Of a stretch of DNA of 64,000 bases, positions 14,196-25,636 are shown one piece after another. How positions within the stretch are numbered: position 1 is the stretch's first letter; every line of letters begins with the position of its first letter. The stretch is from Lama glama (taxonomy: Eukaryota): contig CM052817.1 of assembly GCA_028534125.1 (NCBI GenBank), positions 12,960,001 through 13,024,000 of the forward strand, given 5' to 3'. Under the pieces are notes generated by a model. The model ran no database searches. It was not told where the DNA came from and was given only the letters and a program-made list of their open reading frames with translations. A program made the translations under genes and the position numbers.

Positions 14196-14267
14196 TTTTA
14201 GTGTGAGTTTTCCTTTTTTTAACTGAAGCACAGTTGGTTACCATGTGTCAATTTCTGGTATCCAGCA
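14158..14267 (-). mobile_element. L1 3' tip with (TTTA)n tail
   Basis: tgtgtcaatttctggtatccagc; flanking cattggcctctttt / caatggactctttt look like a TSD. Confidence 0.75.
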
Positions 14268-14367
14268 CAATGGACTCTTTTAAATATCTGACCACAGGTC
14301 TATGAGAAATGAACTTCTCATTATGAAATGATTATTATCACATTCAACTAAAATTAGATGTTAAAGA

Positions 14368-17186
14368 TTAACAGGGGCTGGATTTACCCTGAAAAACTAA
14401 ACAAAGCATATAAAACAATAGTTTTCAAAATACTGAACATCAGCAATGAAAGAGCGTCATGCCTGAAAGAAGAGAAATAAATAATAGGAGGTTTCCAAGC
14501 TGTGGCTATGGGACAAGGAACCTAGACGGAGCTCAGAGATCCCCCTGCGTTGGACAAGAAGGCGCTGGGAACTGGGGACAGAGAAAGCAGCTAAGTTTAC
14601 CTGGCAAAGTACCAGAGTGAGAGCTGGGAGTGATGAGACTTTCACAGGGTCCCTCTAAAGACTTCCACCGACCACTGGCCAGCTCATCCATGTGAGAAAA
14701 CTGTATGAAACTTAAGAAGGAGTCCCTTGAAAGAGTTATATAGAATAAATGCCTGGTGAAGGTCATAGAGGACTTGGAGTTGTTCCTNNNNNNNNNNNNN
14801 NNNNNNNNNNNNNNNNNNNNNNNNNNNNNNNNNNNNNNNNNNNNNNNNNNNNNNNNNNNNNNNNNNNNNNNNNNNNNNNNNNNNNNNAAAAAAAAAAAGA
14901 CCAAAAAGCATCATATCTTTCCACATGTTCAAGAAGCTAGGGGAAAAATTAAACATTTTTTAAGTAGGACACAAAATATAAAAACAGGGCTGAAGCTGAT
15001 ACTTTAGAGATGGAAACTATAGTATCTGAGATGAGAAATAATTAATAGGTTAAGATTAAATTAGAATTTGCAGGGAAAAAAGGATTAGTAAATTTGAAGA
15101 GTAACAATAAAACCTATCCAAAATAAAACATGGAGAAAAAAAAGACTGAAAAAAACAAACATAACATCATGTGCTGTGGCACAGCTTCAAAAGGGCACTA
15201 TGTGATTAACAGGGGTCTCTAAAGAAGAGGAAAGGACAATCACAAAAATATTTGAAAAAATAATGGCTGAAATTCTCTGTAACTGATAAAAATTATGAAC
15301 CTATAATTACAAGAAGCTCAGTAAACCTCAAGAAAAAAGAAACATGAGAAAAATAAACCATGAAACATCACCATTAATTTGGGTAAACCAGTGAAAAGAG
15401 AAAAATCTTAGCATTACCCAGTAGAATAAGATGCATGACGTAGCTAGGAACAAAAATAAGGAGAGTTTCCTTCATATGAAAAGCCAGAAGATGGTCAAGA
15501 ATATGTTTAAACACAGAAAGAAAATAAACTACCAACCTAGAATGCCATACCTGGTTAAAATATCTTTCTAAAAACAAGGAGAAACTAAAGAAATTTTCAG
15601 ACATATAAAAACTAAGAGACCTGCACTATAAGAAATGTACGACTGAAAAATTATACCAGGTGAAATGTGAATCAACACAAAGAAATGAAGGGCACTAGAA
15701 ATGGTAACTATATAGGAATATGTAAAATATTTTTCTAATAATTTAAATATTTTAAAAGATAATTGAATTTCAAATTAAAAAAAATTAAAACTATGCATTT
15801 GGGGATTTACACAATAAAAAGAACTAAAAAGTATATAAAAGTAGCAGAAAGACTAGGAAGAGGAAAATGGAAATAAACTTTTGTGAGATTTATACATTAT
15901 ATATGAAGAAGTATAATGTGACTTTATTATACACAAAGAAGCATAATGTGACTTTAGGTTGACAGAAGTTAAAAATATACAATCTCCACCAAAATAATAT
16001 GACAGAGTTTTAGCTAATATGTCAACAAAAAAATAGGAAGAAATCAAAGGATAGATAGTGCAAATAAAAAACAAACGACAAAATAGTAAATTTAAAGGCA
16101 AACATTTAAGTAATTGAATCAGATGTAGACAGTCTAAACACCCCAACTAAAAGGCAGAGATTGTCAGATTGTACTTTAAAAAGGCAATTACTAACTGCAT
16201 GTTGCCAACAAGTAATATACTTTAAATATAAAGCAACAAGGAACCTAAAAGTATGGTATTAGGTATATTAGGTGAACAATTTTTTAAAAGGTGGTGTGGC
16301 TTTATTTACATTGGACATAGTAAATTTAGAACAAATAATATAGTCAGGGATAAAGGTAGCTTTCTCATCCATCAAAGAGGTCAATTCATCAAGAAGATAT
16401 ATTTCTACATACTTATACACGTAATAATTATAACAGCTTTTTAGGACAAATTCCAGGAGGCATTGATAAATCCAGAATTAAGAGTTGGATTTTAACACTT
16501 CGCTTCAATAGTGAATAGAACGAATGGACAGAAAATAAGTAAAATTATAGAAGGCTGAATAACATTACCAACTAATTTCATTCAGGTGAAATGTATTGAT
16601 CTCTCAACCTAATGATAACAGAACACACATTGTTTTAAAGTACACACAAAATGTTTACCAAGAAAGTCCATTATATAGGCCATAAAATATTCTTAATAAA
16701 ACTAAAAGGATTCAAATCTAACAAGCTATGTTTCTGATCACAGTGGAATTAGGTTTGTAATAAAAAACACAAGGACATCTGGAAACTAAATTTTGAAACC
16801 AACAACACATTTTTAAATAACCCATGGATCAAGGACATATCAAAAGGAAATTGGAAAATATATTGAAATAAGTGAAAATGAAAATCCAACATACAACAAT
16901 TTGTGAGCCATAACTAAAGTAGTACTTAGAAATTTAGAGCAGTAAAGTCCTACATTCAAAAAGCAAAAATGTATCAAATCAATGATTCCATGTTTTACTT
17001 TAATTTTTTAAAAATGGAAAAGCAATTAAACCCAAGGTAAGTAAATGAAAAGTAATAATTACTATCATAGTGGGAATCAATGAAAGAGAAAATAGTACAG
17101 AAAATCTGTGAAATCAAATGATGGATCTTAAAAAAATTCAATAAAATTGATAAACCCTTAACCATATTGATAGGAGCAAAAGACAG
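14368..17186 (+). mobile_element. Old L1M (L1MC/L1MD-like) 5'UTR-ORF1-ORF2 endonuclease portion, 3'-truncated, inside the ERVL
   Basis: taacaggggctggatttaccc 5' motif; ORF2 start ccaactaaaaggcagagattgtcagatt; ctgatcacagtggaatt; aaataacccatggatcaag. Confidence 0.85.
14788..14887. other. Assembly gap (100 N)
   Basis: N run. Confidence 1.
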
Positions 17187-17239
17187 TATTCACTGTAAAC
17201 TCAGAAATCAGGTAGACAAGATCTTCTGTCCTATAGATA

Positions 17240-18477
17240 ACATTTTAATTCACTTCCCAGTTACCAAAACATTTTTCAAAAGACAAAGGACAATATGGTG
17301 CTGATAACAATGTTGGAGTATATGCATAGGTTCTATTTGTTCAGTCAGCCAACAGATGAATCCAATTCTGAATCCTTATGTGACACCATCCTCTGGGGGC
17401 ACTGGATAGCCATCTGGTAGACAAAGCAGGGATATTTCCCAGTAGAACTTAATACATTCTCTGAATATGTGTTTACCAACCATGTCCATTGCACATCTGC
17501 CAGCACCACAACTGTAGACTTAAATAATGTTATATCTATTGTCAAGCATTTCACACATTCCTCCCCGCAAAGTAAGATGTTTAACAACAAAAATTTTGTA
17601 GAATTTATTGGTCTTGCCAAATCATCCATCTTCCAAAAGTAATTGGCTTGAAAGAGCTACAGAAGCCTTGATTATGGGACAGGCTACAGGACAGAGGTCT
17701 AAATTCATGGTCCAGAACCCTGGGGTTGTACTTTCTCAAATAACCCACTTAAGAAGCTTTTGCTTTCTATCCATGAAACTTTGGGCTTGGTGTATTTGTA
17801 GTCATGGTGCTCAAGGAGAAACACCTTCACCAAGGAACACAGTCATAGTTTAGTTTTACTGGAAGATGAATCTCCATCCTAACCATTTTAGATTTCTTAC
17901 ACTGCTGAGACAATAGGAAGATTATTCACTGCACCATACCAAGGGATATTGGATTGCAACTCCACAATGGGAGAAAGAATTCTACTTGCAACTCACATAG
18001 TTACTGGGACATCTCCTAATACTCCTGACCCAACAGTCCTGGTTGATGGGAAATACCAGCAACCAAGAATGGAATCACCAAGGATTCAGATAATGAAATA
18101 ATAAATAGTTGTGTCACTCATCGTGTGAAGAATATCATCTAGTTATGGGTAAAGCTAAGGAGAATGTGAAATGAATAATGGAAGTATAAAACTTAGGCTA
18201 TAGGACCTGCAACTGAAGCAAGGCTGAAGCACCAAGGTTTTATGTTAACTTTTAAATTTTATTTTTTAATCTCCTTCCTCTCATTGCCCATTACTTTATA
18301 TGTAGAACATTGCTGGCAAAATTATTTAGATTTTGGCTAAAAGTGTAGCTTAATTATCATCAGTTAATGACAATAAAGTGGCTGATGGATCTGTGTGTCC
18401 CCTATGTTAGGGACATGCATTTTATTCGCATCTGAAAAAAGGCCACAGGTGCATCTCAAGTGGGAAAAGAGGTGGGT
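17240..18477 (+). mobile_element. ERVL internal relic (integrase, dUTPase, PPT)
   Basis: gacaccatcctctggggg...agccatctggtag is integrase-like. About 17815 GETPSPRNTVIV*FYWKMNLHPNHF resembles ERVL dUTPase (LPPGDTTMIPLNWKLRLPPGHF). Purine tract gggaaaagaggtggg at 18462-18476. Confidence 0.8.
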
Positions 18478-18690
18478 TGTGCTGGATATGCTTCATTTGT
18501 CCCTTCAAGTCTGTGATCTTTTCTTCTTCTCTCTGATCTACACCGTAGATTGCATCAACACACTTCCTTAAACTCTAGTTGCTGGGATTCGGTCAATGGC
18601 AGGCACCAGCCAAAGATCAGAAGGCAGGAGAGTGATACTGTGGTGTTTATCCCTCCAGTTCCCTCTTTTCCATGCCACAGATTGACACTA
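18478..18690 (+). mobile_element. 3' LTR of the ERVL (LTR33-like), partial
   Basis: TGTGCTGG right after the PPT; catttgtccc, ttgcatcaac, ggtcaatggcaggcaccagc motifs. Confidence 0.8.
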
Positions 18691-18808
18691 GAGTTGAGGA
18701 AGATGAAGAATATAAAGTAAGAAAAGCATTCAAAAATAGACCAGTATAATAGAAGGGTTTTTCATTTTTTATGTTTATAGGAAATATACTCATTTTATAT
18801 AAATCAAT

Positions 18809-19353
18809 TATATTATTCAGTGTCCCAGGGAAAACAGATGGGCCATTCAAAAGGTTTTACCTGAAATTTAATGAAAAGACTATTTGTGGAGATGTGGGCA
18901 GAGATAACAAAACGAAAAGGGATGTGGAAGTGTCCAGATATTAGCAACAATGGGAACCCATTACTATCCTTACGGCCAAAGTTAGGGAAATTACACAGTC
19001 AGAACTCAGTGAGAGTTGGTCCATGGGAGAGGGACCAAACCACAGGGAGATGTGTCTGCAGAATCCAGACACTGCTGGAGCCAGGGCACAGAGGGAAATG
19101 ATGGGGTGGGGAAAGGAGAATGGAGACTAAATAGCTTAAACTCTCTCTCTCACCTTCTCATTTCATGTTGTAACTTCTTGGCCAAACACAGCTAGAATCA
19201 AAAGAGCTAAAAAAAAAATCAAGTGATGCAGTCTACAGAAGTTATAATTCCAGGGTGGAAAGCAATGCAGAGACCAACAGAGAAGAAAAATCTGGTGAGC
19301 GTGTGGTTTAGATTGGGGAATGGGGTTGGGGGCAAACAGATAAAACCAGCACA
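18809..19353 (-). mobile_element. Near-complete LTR33-like solo LTR
   Basis: Reverse complement begins TGTGCTGGTTTTATCTGTTTGCCCC; other end cagtgtcccagggaaaacagatgg. Confidence 0.8.
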
Positions 19354-20449
19354 CTGAGAAATCATTTTCATCTGATTTTGTTAATGAGAAAAATTGAAAA
19401 CAAAAGACTGAGTGGAAGTATGTTCAGAAAAGTAACATTTTTTAAAAAAATGCTTTGAGTCAAAAATCATAGTAAAACAAGAACATAAAAAAAATGTTCT
19501 TGGATTCAACACATTTATAACAGCTCCAAGAAGCTGGACTCAACAGTATAGCTTTGATTCTTCCTTCCTCTTGATTCTGTAGTACACGCTACCTTTTAAA
19601 GTTCAGAACAATGAATACTGTTGTGGATTCCCTTGGATCTCTGCAGTGATGTCTTTGGAAAAGGTAATTACTACAAATAGCCTCATTTTTGCTAAAAATT
19701 ATAATATGAATTTTTTATATAAGAATAATAAATTAGCCCAAACAGCTGCCTCACTATTATTCATCACAACAAACTTATGATGTAGCTAGTTGGAAAAAAA
19801 TGCAATTTTCCTAAAGTGCCTCTTTGAATTATTCAAAGTTTCTGTTGCAGCTAATTAATTTGATGCACTTTACTAAACTGAATCAATAAAAATAAACAAA
19901 ATACTGAGCAGAAATAGGACAGATGCTGGTTGTGTTCTAGTTTCTTTGATATGATGCTTTATATATCTGCCTCAAACAAGTAGAAATTAATATAGTAAAT
20001 TGATATTCTTTTAATGGGTTCTATATGTACAGCCATATATATTAGCAATAATGATTTCATATGCACTGTTTGTAATACTCTAGTTGGATAACTGCATAGT
20101 TTGTTTAGGGAATGAATGTCGCTGACAAAAGCTGAAGTGAGAAGTGGGTCTTTATTAAATACACCATCATTGCAAATGCTTCCTTATTTTACTCAATTTT
20201 TAATTGCAAGATCAGCCTACTTATTTACATCATTTACATCTCCTGCATCTAACATAAGACCTCTTTTTGGTAAAGTCATCACAAGAGAAATTATTAGGAG
20301 TGATAAAGAAATCCACATCACAATGGAAGACAAATGAATTCTTAAAATCGCATCCACTAAATTGCTAATGCGCCATTCCTCAGGCTACAGCCACGTGCCC
20401 CTTCCTTGGAACTTCTTTCTTCATTTAAGGCAGCATTCAGCTCAGATCC

Positions 20450-20665
20450 ATCTGAGTTTATGAAAGCAGAGACACCGAAGTCTGAGAATTCTAATCCCAT
20501 CTCTGTCATTAATAAATTAAATGACCTTGGGCAACCTCTCAAACCTCATCTCCTTCATCTAAAAGATGATGTTCTCGATTCAGTGGTCCCTTACTTCACA
20601 GTCTTGTTCAAAGGAATAACTGCCAATAGCTGCCAGGTATACGGAAAGCATTAAGCACTAGATAC
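20450..20665 (+). mobile_element. MIR SINE
   Basis: MIR core atgaccttgggcaacctctc...cctcatctccttcatctaaaagatg. Confidence 0.75.
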
Positions 20666-20856
20666 ATATTTCATTATGGAATGGAACCATTATGACATTA
20701 AAGAATTTGATACAAAAACCCCCAAAAAAAACAAAAAGAAAAGAAAGCAAAAGAAATCATGTACTGGGAAATGGAATCAGAGAAATTAGATTTTTTTTTC
20801 CTTAGGCTAGTTAGAAGTTTATCAGTAAGGTTAAAAACAAGCTTTCCGATGCTACC

Positions 20857-21202
20857 TGTTTTTAGTCCATTCAGGTTGCTATAACAAAAATACCACAGAC
20901 TGGATGGCTTAAACAACAAACAGTTATTTCTCGCGGTGCTGGAAGCTGGAAGTCCAAGGTCACAGCACCAGCAGATTTGGTGTCTGGTGAGAGTCCACTT
21001 CCTGATTCCTGGACAACCATCTCCCATGGCCTAAGGGGACCAAGAGAGAGAAGTCTCTTTTAGATGGGCACTAATCCCATTGATCAGAGCTCCACCAACA
21101 TGACCTATCACCCCCACAAAGGCCCCATATCCAAGTGCCTTCGTGTGGGGAATTAGGCTTCAGCTTTTGAACATTGGAGGAACAAGCATGCAGTCCACAG
21201 CA
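20857..21202 (-). mobile_element. MaLR LTR (MLT1A0-like)
   Basis: tgtttttagtccattcaggttgctataacaaaataccacagactgg...cagtccacagca. Confidence 0.9.
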
Positions 21203-21529
21203 GCAGCTGTTGCAAAATCGAATCAACTAAGCCAGGTTTACAAGAGTATTTGTTTAGGACAATGAACTCTATGCCCCAACAAGATTTATGCTGAGGCAGA
21301 AATATTACTAAAACATTTGTTTGTTCTACTTCGAGTAAATGTAGGTCAAGAAGGCCTTCTTTATAGACCCAAGGAAGAATCACACGTGATGTGCAGGACT
21401 ATTGCACATACTTTCCTGTCATCTCTTCTGCGTGGGGAGGTAAGCAGAGCGAATAGAGTACAATGCAAATGAACTCTACTCCATTAAAAGATGACAGTAA
21501 CATTTCCTAAATTAAAAAAAAAATCTTGG

Positions 21530-23857
21530 AAATCAATGAAAAAAAGGAAAAAAAGAAAAGAAAAACTAGTTCTTTGAAAAGATTGATAAAATTGATAAAC
21601 CTCCATGAAGGCTAAATAAAAATAAAGGGAGAGGCTACAAATTGCTCTTATTAGAAATGAAAGAGGGGACATCATTATATATCCTAGGGACATTGTAAGG
21701 ATAATTTTTAAAAAACAACAAATTTATGCCCACAAATTTGATAACCTAGATAAAATAGAACATTTCCTTATAACACACTCTTTGCCAAAACTCACACAGG
21801 AAGAAAGAGACAATCTAAATTGGCCCATATCTGTTAACAAAATTAAATTCATAATTAATAACCTTCTAAACCAGAAAGCAGCAGGCCCAGGCAGGCGTAC
21901 ATGTGAATTGTGCCAACATGTAAGAAAGACATTATACAAAATTTCTAAAATATCTTGCAGAGTATAAAAGGAAAAGGAATACTTCTTGACTCATTTTATG
22001 AGGCCAGGATTACTCTAATACCAAAACCATACAAAGATTTACAAGAAAAGGAAGATCCACACCAATAGCACTTATAAACATAGATGCAAAAATCCTTAAC
22101 AAAATAATAGCAAATTTAACCCAACAGTATATAAAAAGAACGATATACAGCCAATAAGTGGGATTTATCCTAGGTGTGCCAATCTGATGCAACAGTTGAG
22201 AAAAACAATTAATATAAATCATCACAGCAACAGGCTAAAAAAGAAAAATCACATAAACATAATTAATAGGTGCATAAAAAGCATTTGACAAAATCCAACA
22301 CCGATTTTTGATAAAAACTCTTAGAAAACTAGGAATAAAGGGGAATTTATTCCACTGATTGGATGGTTTACAAAACCCCACAGCTAACATTACACTTAAT
22401 GGTGACAAACCTGAAGCTTTTCCACTAAGATCGCATATAGGGAGGGGATGTCACCTCTCTCTACTCTTCTTCAACACTGTGTTGGAAGGTAGAGCTGATG
22501 TGGTAAGACAAGAAAAATCAACAATAAGAGGTGTACAGATTAGGGAGGAAGAAAGGAAGCTTTTTGTTTTTAAATGACATGATCGTTTATGTACAAAATC
22601 TGGGAGAACTAAAAAAAAAAAAAACTCCTGGAATCAATAGGCAATTTATCTAGGTTGCAGGATTTAATGGTAATATAGAGAAGTCAATTGCTTTCTTATC
22701 TCCCAGCAATGAGCAAATACAATTTGAAATTAAAAACACTGTATCATTTACATTAACACCCCCCAAAAGAAATAATAAAGTATAAATCTAACAAAATATG
22801 TAAAAGACCAATCTAAGGACAACTATATAACTCTAATGAATAAAATCAAATCACAGAACTTATCCTGTTCACAAAATTAACATAAATCACAGATCTAATT
22901 GTAAAATGCAAAACTATAAAACTTTTAGAAGATAACATGGGAGAAAAAGGGATGACCTTGGATATGGCAATGACCTTTGATATAAAACACCAAAGGCACA
23001 ATCCATAAAAGAAATAATTCATAAGTGCAACTTCATTAAAATTCAAACCTCTGCTCTACAAAACACAATGTTAAAAGAGTGAAAAGAAAAGCCACAGACT
23101 GAAAAAACATATTTGTAAAGACACATCTGATAAAGGACTGTTATCCAAAATATACAAAGAACTCCTTAAAACTCAGCAATAAAAAACAAACAGATTAAAA
23201 AAATGAACTAAACACCCCCACAGACACTTCACCAAAGAAGATAGTCAGATGTCAAATAAGCATATAAAAATGTGCTCCACATTACATGTCATCAGCGAAA
23301 CGCAAAATAAAATGGAAATGAGATACCACACAAATGTATTGAAGTGGCCAAAATCCAGAACACTGACATCAAGTGGTGACAAGAATGTGGAGCAACAGGA
23401 ACACTCACCCATTCCTGGTGGGAGTGCAAAATGGCATAGCTACTTTGGAAGATGGTTTGGCCATTTCTTAGAAAACTGAACACACTTTTACCCTGTGGTC
23501 CCACAATCACACCCCTTGGTATTTACCTGAAACAGTTGGAAAATTATGCTTACTCATGTGTCTGCACATGGATGTTTATAGCAGCTTTATTCATAATTGC
23601 CAAAACTTGGAAGCAACCAAAATGTCTTTCAGTAGGTGAATGGATAAACAAACTATGAAACAACCAGGTAATGGAACACTCTTCATTTCTGAAAAGAAAT
23701 GAGCTATCAAGTCATGAAAAGACTGACAGTCAAATCAAATGGGTATTACTAAGTAAAAGAAGCCAATCTGAAAAAAAACTACTTACTGTGATTCCAACTA
23801 TATTACATTCTGGGAAAGGCAAAACCATAGAGTTCATGAAAAGATTGGTGGTTGCCA
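21530..23857 (+). mobile_element. L1MC-like ORF2/3'UTR relic, internally deleted near 22850, cut off at 23857
   Basis: Translations PKLTQEERDNLNWPIS, PTANITLNGDKPEAFPLRS, MFIAALFIIAKTWKQPKC; ends in aaagattggtggttgcca. Confidence 0.95.
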
Positions 23858-23862
23858 CTGGT

Positions 23863-24161
23863 CTGAGCAAGTATTTCGATAAGAGAACATTCAGATTCTG
23901 CAAACATCAATTAATGGCTTATTTTTATTTATGTTTTGTTTTTATTTTTCGTTCTCACAATAGTAGTTGCCTGAGGCTGGAGGAAGGCGTTAATTGCTCC
24001 AATCCTAATGAGATGAACAGGTGGGCAGATTCAGTAAGGGATATCCTGAAAGAGAGTAAGACCAGCAGCCAGGAAAGTAGTCAATCAAAAGGGACAGAAC
24101 TATTGTTTTCAGTTTCTATTCCTGTTATATGTAAGGAGACAATACTTACTCCATTCAGGGC
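23863..24161 (+). repeat. Inverted duplication arm A (about 290 bp, non-TE-looking)
   Basis: Aligns by eye (roughly 70-75% identity) to the reverse complement of 25354-25636. Confidence 0.9.
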
Positions 24162-24494
24162 CCACGACTCCATAAGCAAATCATGTGATGTGAATAGAGG
24201 GAGTGAGACAGAAGAATTAACAGAACTTCTTTGAATGCTGATGAAAAAACCCTCCAAATGAATCTTAATATGATCCTCTATAAAGATCCTATGGGCATTT
24301 TCCACTACAGCTCTCAACAGATGAAGAATAAGAATCAAGTTATAAAGCAAAACTAGGATAACCAAGGGAAGAGTGGTTGAGGAGTACTGAATATCAACGT
24401 GTAGGGGAGAGAAATTTGGAGAATTGTAGTCCCTAGGTTGTCACTTTATGAGGTTATCATAAAAGGAGCTGAAACTGAACAGACGGCATATTGG

Positions 24495-24930
24495 TGCATT
24501 ATGGCTGAGTGGCATATCACCTGAAAACTTAGTGGCTTAAAACAAGTATTTATTATTTCTCATAGTTTTGTGGATTGACTGGGAGGTTCCCCCATTTCAT
24601 GTGATGTCAGCAGGGGTCACTCACGAATATGAAAGCTCAGCCAGAGCCCTCGGGCCTCTTTCATGTGCGCTCTCTGTCCATGTGCTGTTTTATCTTGAAG
24701 GGCCTCTTCTTGTGGCCTCTTTCTCCAGCAGAAAAGCTTGGATATCTTTAAGTGTGGTAGCTGGATTCTAAGAGACAGCATTCCAATCAGAAAAGCAACA
24801 ATGTGTAAATGTGTATCAAGACTCTATTACATCGCACTTGCTAATGATCCATTGGCCCAGAGGTAATGTGGGAGGGGACTGACTATACAAGATTTGAAAT
24901 TCTGGGGTAATAGTCCTTTGGTCCACCCAT
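24495..24930 (-). mobile_element. MaLR LTR (MLT1H/J-like)
   Basis: aaaacttagtggcttaaaacaag...ttgctaatgatccattggcc. Confidence 0.8.
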
Positions 24931-25029
24931 GGAATAGTCTTCCACAGGCACTGAGGTCTAAATAGGCTACTGAGTAGCACAGTGAGTACCACAGATACCA
25001 TCCAGGTGTTGCTATGCCACAGTGAGCAT

Positions 25030-25347
25030 TTTAAAATTTTCATTATTTATGTTTTAAGACTATACTTTAGAGCTGTTTAAAATTGAGCAGAAGATACAGA
25101 GATTCCCTGAATACCCACCACTGCCACACGTGCATAGCCTCCCCCATTATCCACATCCCCTCAGAGGGCTACACTTGTTACAATTGGTGAACCTACCTTG
25201 ACGCATCGTATTTGCCTAAAGTCCATAGTTTACATTATCATTCACTCTTGGTATTGTAGTTTATTGGTTGGTACAAATGAGCATCAACCTGCATCTATCA
25301 TCATAGTTGCATACAGAGTATTTTCATTAACCTAAAAATCCTTTGTG
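25030..25347 (-). mobile_element. L1MC-like terminal 3' segment (continuation of 21530-23857, inverted)
   Basis: Reverse complement cacaaaggatttttaggttaatgaaaatactctgtatg...gtaaactatggacttt... is homologous to 9670-9960. Confidence 0.9.
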
Positions 25348-25353
25348 AATGCT

Positions 25354-25636
25354 GCCCTGTAAGTATATTGTAACAGGGATAAAGAACTGAAAACAACTGT
25401 TCTATCCCCTTTGACTGAATATTTTCCCAGCTGTTGATCTGACTCTTTTTCAGGACATCACTTAAATCTTCCCACCTAATCATCTCATCAGGATCATAGC
25501 AATGAGCACCTTCCCCGAACCTCAGCCAGCAACTATCTATGGGAATTAAGTAATACAAACAAAATGCAAGTGAAAATAATCCACTGATTGATGTTTGCCA
25601 AATCTGAATGGTCTCGTATTGAAATCTTTGCTTGAG
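25354..25636 (-). repeat. Inverted duplication arm B
   Basis: Reverse-complement homologue of 23863-24161. Confidence 0.9.

Larger units (their letters stand above)
11224..14345 (+). mobile_element. ERVL internal relic (gag/pro/RT; ERV3-16A3/HERV16-like), pseudogenised
   Basis: ERVL-type internal start tggcacaagaagtgg. 13135-13227 translates SWRLTVDHYKQNQALMPMAALLSDVISLLE* (ERVL RT SWRMTVDYRKLNQVVTPIAAAVPDVVSLLEQ). Later FFPIPI...KQFA, a degenerate HYIDD (HEINDLM, about 13584), and SKVRDKLL. Confidence 0.9.

Noticed and set aside
23671..24234. 187-aa ORF as a gene
   Set aside because: Chimera of L1 3' sequence and duplication arm A read across the inversion breakpoint.
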